From assembly GCA_944389835.1 (NCBI GenBank), contig CALXNU010000003.1, forward strand, positions 730-64,729: 64,000 bases of DNA, written 5' to 3'. The DNA is from an uncultured Succinivibrionaceae bacterium. Its GTDB lineage: Bacteria > Pseudomonadota > Gammaproteobacteria > Enterobacterales > Succinivibrionaceae. This document shows positions 30,001 to 36,643 of this stretch, in pieces. Each line of letters begins with the position of its first letter. Position 1 is the first letter of the stretch. The notes below the pieces were generated by a model that saw only the letters and a list, made by a program, of their open reading frames with translations, did no database searches and had not been told where the DNA came from. A program made the translations under genes and the position numbers.

Positions 30001-30774
30001 GAAGAGCGCGTAGAGTTTAAAGAACAGCAAGCGCAAAAAGCCCAAGAGCTTGAAACTATTCAAACTCAAAATACTAAAGATAAGGTAAGTGAGAGTGAGG
30101 CGCAAAAAAATTCTGCAACCACAACTGCTCAAAGTACTCAAGAGGAAAGCTTAGAGAATGATCATGTAGAGTTTAAGATCCCAAATCTAAACCCAGATCT
30201 TAATCTTTCGGTTGCAAATCCTAATGACACCCAAGATGAAAGTGCCAATGAGGAGTTAAATGTAAGCGATGAGCAAGCACATTTAATGGCCTCTTTAGCT
30301 CAAGCCTCAAAGCAAAATCAAGAATTAGTAAGTCTTGATAACAATGAGGATACTTTTGAGTTAAATCGCCCCACTAATCCTCATTTAAATGTCAACTTAG
30401 ACATTGATGATCCGCTTGAAAGTGGTAGTGCTGAAGAGTTTTCTAAGCTTTATCAAAATATTGCGCAAAAACAAAGTGCAAGCGAAGTAGATGCAGAAGA
30501 ACTTCAACAAAATCCTGCACCAAAGGAGAGTAAAGGGTCTGAAATTAAGATCAATCCTCAAGACGTGGCAAGCTTAATGAGCGTAAAACCTAGTGACGAT
30601 CTTGAAGATGATGATACCCTACAAGGGATTAAGACCCCACTTGCCGATGAGAGCACTTTAGAAGAGGAGATTAAAGCGCCAACTGGTCAGGCTGCCCAAG
30701 TAAGCGATGAAACCTTAAGTGAAAATGAGGTTAAACCAGGCTTCTTCTCAAGGCTTGCCTCTTTTTTTCGCTAA
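27034..30774 (+). CDS. Giant acidic Q/E/K/A-rich low-complexity protein with C-terminal amphipathic helix
   Basis: The ORF is open from 27004 (TTG); the first ATG at 27034 gives MSEIKLQ... (1246 aa). About 230 N-terminal residues have ordinary composition, followed by about 1000 aa of Q/E/K/A/L/S-rich sequence with coiled-coil-like runs (ELLKTQDELLKLKAELAKVQAEALQ). It ends ..KPGFFSRLASFFR. Confidence 0.75.
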   Translation: MSEIKLQTTNDIKLDEKRQQEAQKNAPESARFNRHATSSLIEVLSSQQGMVNESLNRTLGKLNTALDHLLKGQSDNLAQGEDAQSLQKLSYDVISRDVKLQERVAQALSSPNRLIRSRDAQDSLKNSFDNLPKAIKEDSTGPLLSRAVLESLVTLADKDAIGAGLERDLSLKKVYISDSRPQGRATLASGRILNASLAYIESNQPKVLATLQESSEENTSQKASTQNTQNPQDEDLNLELKRSKMSTAQVMTEYLKKALEEFPEDSTYLDIFKKNAQGIDGKDNRNSQRIREVIYNASQMAKTRNLYPGAPDPTVETAEESFAVNDENTFNKNALNLSADPDARSYIDDPKDKTNVEGSRMSLAELSARAAKLQMQFTRERQRMVQEGQLPDPATMPPIDESIPQGDGSRNYHQSTLRIPRSSVAALAQNPLVQASMPPKAQNDVTQSLEIEASKQELLKTQDELLKLKAELAKVQAEALQSAKETVNAQLQTQKELKAQAEAWYQRIQEAGAMAKSTIDALKQAANSALKVTEHIPQETKASQTLEPFVQAQVSDDLALKENLSSPSLKLQAKEEAQVQTRDPKLYSQVNLNQTQEPLKNPQEGSQEIVFEQKPQSAYLNLQAQSDSENFELKAPQESITQELLDKSQQQSTVFTQDGDVSYPQETNLDLKAPTDKAQFAPQSATLNDSAVTEKAPKAPANPTAPFDDLNFDSSENSLEERLYRYVGQAKISDTADEIKIDTALKLDSKELNENKPALEQDGIKQVSNKELTLSSQDEALKDEFEVIKADETKASDQEANIAYKSQREIQSSLEEQKEDLSFKNLQDKAQSFKQKLEEPRPVSLEKNAVASEAKEIVKPEVSDAKPQAPAQTQESKAQVENQPKQPETSAQEQKLYSETLKEQKLKAQEIAESAKKASQEASKQALADEAQVKEESLQNKAYDKALLQAQEEAQSVALNQAQVQDELVKTQEIQVQDKLQTQTKLENKEERVEFKEQQAQKAQELETIQTQNTKDKVSESEAQKNSATTTAQSTQEESLENDHVEFKIPNLNPDLNLSVANPNDTQDESANEELNVSDEQAHLMASLAQASKQNQELVSLDNNEDTFELNRPTNPHLNVNLDIDDPLESGSAEEFSKLYQNIAQKQSASEVDAEELQQNPAPKESKGSEIKINPQDVASLMSVKPSDDLEDDDTLQGIKTPLADESTLEEEIKAPTGQAAQVSDETLSENEVKPGFFSRLASFFR
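30762..30768 (+). other. T7 run forming U_UUU_UUU at the last codons of the giant ORF (candidate -1 frameshift site or homopolymer indel site)
   Basis: The codons are GCC TCT TTT TTT CGC TAA. The downstream Flg_hook ORF is in the -1 frame, which is open from 30735. Confidence 0.3.
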
Positions 30775-30800
30775 GTAACGAAAGCCACCCTCAAAGTGGG

Positions 30801-31628
30801 GTGGTGGCACCCTCTACCCCAAATAATGGGCCGATTAAGCCCAATCTTACGGCCTTTTCTGATCTTCTAAGCTCCTTAAATAAAGTGGCCGTAGAAGTTG
30901 AAGATCCGTATTTAAAAGAAAAGGCCCAAAGTTTAATTAATGAGTTAAAAAATCCGGTTAATAATCTTCACACTGTAAATCAATACTTAAGCTTTGTCAC
31001 AGGACCTCTCTCCCCTTCCTCACCATTGGCTATTGCTTTGCATCAATGGGCTTTTATGCTCCTTTGCATTAGATTTGAGCAATTAGGCAAGGAAATAGGA
31101 AGCTTTCTTAAAAATAAAATCAAAGATCCTGAAAGTTTAAGATCAGAGGTTATAAGCTCCAAAAAAGTAAGAGTCGATCCTAAAACTACTACAAGTTTAC
31201 TTGATAGCACGATTGCCCAAGTCGATAGGCTCAAAGAAGAATGTCAGGCTATTGGCAACCTCCCTATCCCAAGGTTTATTCCCATGCCTCCGATGTACGA
31301 TGAAGGACATGACGGGGCTTTGTTTTTAAAGCGCGATGAGGATGATCCAAATAAAACGTGGCATTTGCAATTTTGCTTTGATTTAAAAGATTTGGGCCCC
31401 TTGGAAATTCAAGCGCAAGCTCAATTTCCAAGTATAAAATTGCGCTTTACCTCACCATCTAAGGAGGTTTTAGATCTAACTCAGGCCATGTTGCCACTTT
31501 TAAAAGAGCGTTTACAAGAAATTGGAGTTACCACGCGCTTATCGCTATTAAGACAAGCGCCTATTACCTTTAAAGAAAATCTAAAGGGTCCAATTAGAAA
31601 AGAATCAGGCTTAGATCTTGAGGTGTAA
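30801..31628 (+). CDS. FliK-like protein with C-terminal Flg_hook/T3S4-type domain
   Basis: 275 aa. The C-terminal WHLQFCFDLKDLGPLEIQAQAQFPSIKLRFTSPSKEVLDLTQAMLPLLKERLQEIGV fits the FliK C-terminal pattern (L.L.P.ELG.v.v......l.f......l...l..L...L...G). The start is uncertain: GTG with no clear SD, and the first Met is residue 86. Confidence 0.65.
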   Translation: MVAPSTPNNGPIKPNLTAFSDLLSSLNKVAVEVEDPYLKEKAQSLINELKNPVNNLHTVNQYLSFVTGPLSPSSPLAIALHQWAFMLLCIRFEQLGKEIGSFLKNKIKDPESLRSEVISSKKVRVDPKTTTSLLDSTIAQVDRLKEECQAIGNLPIPRFIPMPPMYDEGHDGALFLKRDEDDPNKTWHLQFCFDLKDLGPLEIQAQAQFPSIKLRFTSPSKEVLDLTQAMLPLLKERLQEIGVTTRLSLLRQAPITFKENLKGPIRKESGLDLEV

Positions 31629-31630
31629 TT

Positions 31631-31957
31631 ATGGATCGTCGCTATAAAAATGTTACTGAGGCTGTCGCTTTATCCTATGATGAAGACAATCCTAAAAGCG
31701 CCCCTTTTGTGGCGGCTAAAGGTGATTTTGAAAGAGCTCAGGCAATTGTGGAGATGGCAGAGGAATTAGGTCTTTACATTCATCAAGATGAAAAGCTTTT
31801 GCGGGAGCTTAAATCTTTAAAAGAAGGTGAGGAAGTGCCAAGCCAGCTTTTTGGAGTGATTGCCACAATTTTAGCTTTCAGCTATATCCTGCAAGGTAAA
31901 ACCCCAAAAACTTGGAGAAGGCGCGATGGCACTCGCGCCATTAACCTTAAAGCCTAA
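31631..31957 (+). CDS. Stand-alone FlhB/YscU C-terminal (post-cleavage) domain protein
   Basis: 108 aa. AVALSYDEDNPKSAPFVAAKGDFERAQAIVEMAEELGLYIHQDEKLLRELK..EVPSQLFGVIATILAFSY aligns with the FlhB segment following NPTH. A GAGGTG SD lies upstream, and the start is 2 nt after the preceding stop. Confidence 0.8.
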   Translation: MDRRYKNVTEAVALSYDEDNPKSAPFVAAKGDFERAQAIVEMAEELGLYIHQDEKLLRELKSLKEGEEVPSQLFGVIATILAFSYILQGKTPKTWRRRDGTRAINLKA

Positions 31958-34881
31958 AGCCCCAACAACATGCGCTCAAAATCGTTAACGGAATTTGAGT
32001 TATTTGAAGGTGCAGGAGCTGGTGCTGGTGCAGGAGCTGGACGTAAATCCTCACCTGTACCTTGGGACTCATAAGTATTTTCCTGAGTACTAGTTGGCGC
32101 AAAGCCTGCACTGTTATATGGCAGATCTAAGTTATAGCACGGGCGGATCCTCGCAATCTTATCCTCACGCACCGGGAATAAGGACAAGCCCTCTTCCTGA
32201 CATTTATCCTGCACAATCTCACCTTGTTTATCAAAGTTTACAAACTTAATGCCTTCTGGGCGGGTTAATTCCAAAGAATTTACCCCACGCTCTTTAAGAT
32301 AGGCTGAATAAACACGCAGAGGACCTGATGATCCATAAAGCCCTGTAGGTTTGAAGACATCAAAGCCCACCCAGGTGGTCACTAATTCATCTGAGTCCAT
32401 ACCAATGGCCCAAGTGTCACGACTGTCATTGGTAGTACCAGTCTTTGAGGCAATCTTTACTCCTGGGAATGAAGCTTGTAAGCGCCTTCCGGTACCACTG
32501 TGTGTAACCTCAGTCATCGCATATAAGGTAAGATAGGTATCTTTAGGATCTAAAGTTCTCTCCCCTGCCATAGCTGTCCTGTCATAGACAATCTCACCGT
32601 TTTTTACCACCGTGCGCAAAGTAGTTAAGTTTTGATAGACACCATCAGTTGCCAAGGAAGCATACATGGCATTTAACTCATATGGCGTACACTCTAAAGT
32701 ACCTAAAAGCAAGGAAGGATATAGTGGAATATCCCTGTCAACACCCACCTTTTTAAAGGTCTCCACGACATTAGCAAGGCCTACACTCATACCAATTCTC
32801 ACGGTTGGTACATTCAAAGAGCGCGCCATGGCACTTAATACCGTAATTGGACCTCTAAATTTCTTATCATCATTTTTAGGCGACCAAAGTTTACCATCTG
32901 CTAAACGTACTGTAACTGCTTTATCTTCGACAATTGATCCTAAATGATAGCCACGATTGAAAGCTGTTAAATAGACAAAGGGCTTTGCCAAAGAGCCAAT
33001 TTGACGGCGACCTTCAATCACGCGATTAAAGCCATCGTATTTTGGCGTGCGACTTCCCACCACTGCTGAAACTTCAGCCGTGCGCCAGGAGCTTACTAAC
33101 ATCGCAGCCTCTAAACCTTCTAACTTACGGCTTTTTTCAATGGCATCAAGCTCGGTGGCCACAGCCTTTTCAGCGGCTGCTTGTGATTGAGGATCTAAGC
33201 TTGTAAAGATGCGAATGCCATTACCTGAGAGGAAATCAGGTCCAAAGCGTGAGGAGATCTCATACTTTAAAAGTCCCATGAAAGCAGGCGTCTTACTATA
33301 GTTCATAGAGCCTCGTGGGATCACATTTAAAGGACGGGCTGCATATTGTGAAAATTCAGCTTCACTTATATGCCCTTGATTTCTTAGAACTCCTAAAACC
33401 GTATTGCGCCGCTCTAGCGCATTTTCAGGATGACGCCACGGATCATAATAAGAAGGTCCTTTAATTAAACCTACTAAAAGGGCCATCTGATCTAAAGATA
33501 ATTCAGACACCGGCACGCCAAAATAGAAGTAGGAGGCCAAACCAAAGCCATAAATTCCCGCATTGCCATTTTGCCCCAAGTAAATTTCATTCATATAGGC
33601 TTCTAAGATCTGATCTTTGGTGTAGCGATGATCCATGATCATGGCCATGATGAGCTCTTTGAACTTGCGGGTATAGCTTTTTTCGGAGGTTAAAAAGTAG
33701 TTTTTCACCAATTGTTGGGTGATGGTACTGCCACCTTCCACAACGCGCCCTGCCATAAAATTGCGCACAAAGGCGCGGGCGATGGCAAAGACATTAATAC
33801 CTATGTGAGAGTAGAATCTTCTATCTTCAATCTCAAGTAAAGTGGTAATTAAACTTTGCGGCACTTCATCTAAGGTAATAAAAATTCTATCTTCCTTAGG
33901 ATCGATACGATTGATTCTATCTAAAAGCACTGGATCCATGCGCACATAGGAAAGCTCTTCCATGGTGTCAGCATTAATTAAGCGTGAGATACGATTTCCA
34001 TCAAACTCAACTAATAAAGATAATCTATCTTCCTCACCATCAGGGAAGCTAAAAGGTCTTTTAATCACCACAATGCGTGAGGTTTTTTCATTTAACGCAT
34101 ACTCACCAGGTCTTTTTGGCGTTGAAGTTTTGCGATATTTTAAAAGCTCAAGCTCATAGCACATTTGCTTAAAAGAAAGCCTCTGCTCTGGATAAAGCTC
34201 CAAAGGCCTTGAGTAGACTACCGCAGGTAATACCCACTTATCATCCACCTCAAACTCTTCCATCACCACCGCATCAAAATAGATAAAAAAGCCGCCTAGG
34301 ATAATAACTCCGACGATGGTAAGTTTTAGGGCAAACACGGAAAGCTTATGGCGAAGTCTTGCAAACCAACTTTTAGGGGGCTCTTTTTTGGGCTCTTTTT
34401 TATCTAAACTCTCTTGTAGATCTTGTGGGTCTTGTAAGGAACTTTCCTTATCAAAATCTTTCTTTAAGCCTTTCTCTTCTGCCTCTTCCTGAGAACTATC
34501 CCTCTGATTTAAGAATTCTTGAGCTTGACTTTCTTGTGGAGTAGAAATCTTATCTAGCTCTTGTGGTGCTTTACTTTCTTGAGTACTTAAGCTTTCCTCT
34601 TTGCCCTCTTTGTCTTTACTCTTTTTATCTTGTAAAGACTTAGCCTGTGACAAAGTAGCCCCTAAATCTTCCTTTTCTTCCTGACGCTCTTTTAAAATAT
34701 CTTGGGAAAAAGAGGCCATCGCCTCATCTGAAGCTTTTCCTTCATCCTTTCTTTTACTTTCTTTAACTTTTTTATTTTTTAAATTAAAAGGCACATCGTC
34801 ATCATCTTTTGGCGAAAAAGCGAGGATCTCTAATGGATCATTGCCCAAATTTAAATCATCATCGGAACGTTTGTTGGTCAT
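31954..34881 (-). CDS. mrcB: Penicillin-binding protein 1B (bifunctional transglycosylase/transpeptidase) with extended tails
   Basis: 975 aa. It has a UB2H-like segment after the TM helix (RPGEYALNEKTSRIVVIKRPFSFPDGEE), the GT51 motif RFYSHIGIN..EGGSTITQQLVKN, and a transpeptidase region with SLAKP and KTGTT. The cytoplasmic N-tail is about 180 aa and a (PA)5-6 tract lies near the C-terminus. Confidence 0.88.
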   Translation of the reverse strand: MTNKRSDDDLNLGNDPLEILAFSPKDDDDVPFNLKNKKVKESKRKDEGKASDEAMASFSQDILKERQEEKEDLGATLSQAKSLQDKKSKDKEGKEESLSTQESKAPQELDKISTPQESQAQEFLNQRDSSQEEAEEKGLKKDFDKESSLQDPQDLQESLDKKEPKKEPPKSWFARLRHKLSVFALKLTIVGVIILGGFFIYFDAVVMEEFEVDDKWVLPAVVYSRPLELYPEQRLSFKQMCYELELLKYRKTSTPKRPGEYALNEKTSRIVVIKRPFSFPDGEEDRLSLLVEFDGNRISRLINADTMEELSYVRMDPVLLDRINRIDPKEDRIFITLDEVPQSLITTLLEIEDRRFYSHIGINVFAIARAFVRNFMAGRVVEGGSTITQQLVKNYFLTSEKSYTRKFKELIMAMIMDHRYTKDQILEAYMNEIYLGQNGNAGIYGFGLASYFYFGVPVSELSLDQMALLVGLIKGPSYYDPWRHPENALERRNTVLGVLRNQGHISEAEFSQYAARPLNVIPRGSMNYSKTPAFMGLLKYEISSRFGPDFLSGNGIRIFTSLDPQSQAAAEKAVATELDAIEKSRKLEGLEAAMLVSSWRTAEVSAVVGSRTPKYDGFNRVIEGRRQIGSLAKPFVYLTAFNRGYHLGSIVEDKAVTVRLADGKLWSPKNDDKKFRGPITVLSAMARSLNVPTVRIGMSVGLANVVETFKKVGVDRDIPLYPSLLLGTLECTPYELNAMYASLATDGVYQNLTTLRTVVKNGEIVYDRTAMAGERTLDPKDTYLTLYAMTEVTHSGTGRRLQASFPGVKIASKTGTTNDSRDTWAIGMDSDELVTTWVGFDVFKPTGLYGSSGPLRVYSAYLKERGVNSLELTRPEGIKFVNFDKQGEIVQDKCQEEGLSLFPVREDKIARIRPCYNLDLPYNSAGFAPTSTQENTYESQGTGEDLRPAPAPAPAPAPSNNSNSVNDFERMLLGL
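32008..32040 (-). repeat. (CCW GCW)n hexanucleotide repeat encoding PAPAPAPAPAP in mrcB
   Basis: The plus strand reads aggtgcaggagctggtgctggtgcaggagctgg. On the minus strand it translates as RPAPAPAPAPAPS. Confidence 0.9.
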
Positions 34882-35124
34882 TTTTAAATCTTTTAGGTTT
34901 CACAAATCTTCTAAACTTGGAAATTATAACAAAACATCCGTTAAGAATTAATTTTTAAAAATTAGCCTTCCTTCAAATTAATTTATAAAAGATCTCTTCA
35001 TTTATCAAAACAGCTCACACTTTACAAAAGATTTGTTGATATGTGCTTAAAAATACGCAATAATCTCGCCTCAATATAAGACAACGTAATCTTTTATAAG
35101 GATAGATACAGAAAGGACAACATT

Positions 35125-35613
35125 ATGGCTACTACGAAGAACAATCCTGCTCCTCAAGAGGCAAGTCAATCTTTCTCTGATCTTGAATCCATGGGCCCAC
35201 TTGCTATCGCAGGTGTTAAACCTTATCAGGAAAAACCAGGTGAAGAATACATGAATGAGGCTCAAAAAGAGCACTTTAGAACTATTCTTACCGCCTGGCG
35301 TGATCAGTTACGTTCTGAGGTAGATCGCACTGTAGATCATATGAAAAGCGAAGCTGCTAATTTCCCAGATCCTGTCGATCGTGCTTCTCAAGAAGAAGAG
35401 TTTGCCCTTGAGCTTCGTGCCCGCGATCGTGAGCGTAAATTAATCAAGAAGATTGAGAAGACCTTACGCAAGCTTGATCAAGATGAGTTTGGTTACTGCG
35501 AGCAATGCGGTGATGAAATTGGCATCAAGCGCTTAGAGGCAAGACCTACTGCTGATCTTTGTGTAGATTGCAAGGCTTTAGCTGAAATTAAAGAAAAGCA
35601 ACTTGAAGGCTAA
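35125..35613 (+). CDS. dksA: RNA polymerase-binding transcription factor DksA
   Basis: 162 aa with a coiled-coil region and the C4 zinc finger [25 protein letters not shown]. The dksA-gluQ-pcnB-folK order matches E. coli. Confidence 0.95.
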   Translation: MATTKNNPAPQEASQSFSDLESMGPLAIAGVKPYQEKPGEEYMNEAQKEHFRTILTAWRDQLRSEVDRTVDHMKSEAANFPDPVDRASQEEEFALELRARDRERKLIKKIEKTLRKLDQDEFGYCEQCGDEIGIKRLEARPTADLCVDCKALAEIKEKQLEG

Positions 35614-35642
35614 TTAACCTTTAAGCTTTAACCTTTTAAAAA

Positions 35643-35664
35643 CCTGTCAGGCCAACCTGACAGG
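35643..35664 (+). terminator. Hairpin after dksA (weak terminator or processing site)
   Basis: CCTGTCAGG-CCAA-CCTGACAGG is a perfect 9-bp stem, but no strong T tract follows. Confidence 0.4.
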
Positions 35665-35672
35665 TAGGTTTA

Positions 35673-36530
35673 GTGTACGCAACACGTTTTGCCCCCACCC
35701 CCTCTGGTCGTCTACACTTCGGCTCCTTAGTGGCAGCCGTAGGTGCTTATTTGCGCGCAAGATCTATGGGTGGAAAGATTTATCTGCGCCTTGAAGATCT
35801 TGATTTTCCCCGTTGCAAAAAAGAATACACTCAATCTATTATCGAAGATCTTAAAATCTTAGGCTTTAGCTTTGATGACAAGCCTTATATACAAAGTGAG
35901 CATCTTGATTTTTATGAGGCAAAATTAAAAGCACTTGTTGAAAGTAAAAAGTGCTTTTACTGTCATTGCACAAGAGCCTCTTTAAAAGTAAAAGCCTGTA
36001 GCTGTGAAGGCCAAAATTTTAAAGATGGAGCCCTTAAAATTGCTCTAAATGCCAAGCCTTACTTTTATGACAATCACCTAGGCACAATTACTTTAAAGCA
36101 CAGCCTTCAAGATAATCTTACTTTAAAAAGAAGTGATGGTCTTATCTCCTATAATTTTGCTTGTGTTTTAGATGATGAGCTGATGGGGATAACTGAGATC
36201 GTGCGAGGATCTGATCTTATTGAAACCACCCCTTTGCAAATTGCCCTAATTCATGCCCTTAATTTCAAAGCGCAAGCTTATTTTCACTTACCGCTTGCTT
36301 TAGAGGAAAACGGGCTTAAATTATCCAAGCAAAATCATGCTAAAGCGGTGTTAGATGAGATGTCAGCTCAAGAAGCTTTACTTAAAGCCCTCAAGTTTTT
36401 AGGGCAAAATACCGACACTTTACAGGTTAAAGATAAACCTGAGGTAATTTTAGCTTGTGCTCTTGAGCAATTTTTAGAAGCTAAAATCCCCAAAGTTAGC
36501 CAAAAAATCGCAAATCTTGGCACGTCTTAA
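35673..36530 (+). CDS. gluQ: Glutamyl-Q tRNA(Asp) synthetase
   Basis: 285 aa with a GTG start. Contains RFAPTPSGRLHFGSL (class I HIGH-like), ..VRGSDL.. and KLSKQNH (KMSKS-like). Confidence 0.9.
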   Translation: MYATRFAPTPSGRLHFGSLVAAVGAYLRARSMGGKIYLRLEDLDFPRCKKEYTQSIIEDLKILGFSFDDKPYIQSEHLDFYEAKLKALVESKKCFYCHCTRASLKVKACSCEGQNFKDGALKIALNAKPYFYDNHLGTITLKHSLQDNLTLKRSDGLISYNFACVLDDELMGITEIVRGSDLIETTPLQIALIHALNFKAQAYFHLPLALEENGLKLSKQNHAKAVLDEMSAQEALLKALKFLGQNTDTLQVKDKPEVILACALEQFLEAKIPKVSQKIANLGTS

Positions 36531-36540
36531 CAAAATGCAC

Positions 36541-36569
36541 TTAGTGAAAAAGGCCATAAGTGCTATAAT
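36541..36569 (+). promoter_or_regulatory. Sigma70-type promoter upstream of pcnB
   Basis: TTAGTG, a 17-nt spacer and TATAAT (36564-36569). Confidence 0.45.
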
Positions 36570-36643
36570 GCCTAGGATTTTTTGCGATACAACATACGAG
36601 GATACACAAAATTTCTCTGTTAGATTCTAGCCTTGATGAATTA

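Noticed and set aside
29908-30141. A 77-aa Leu-rich ORF antisense to the giant gene.
   Set aside because: It is the mirror image of the GAG/CAA/AAG-rich sense strand (Leu, Phe and Ser codons), so it is a low-complexity artefact.
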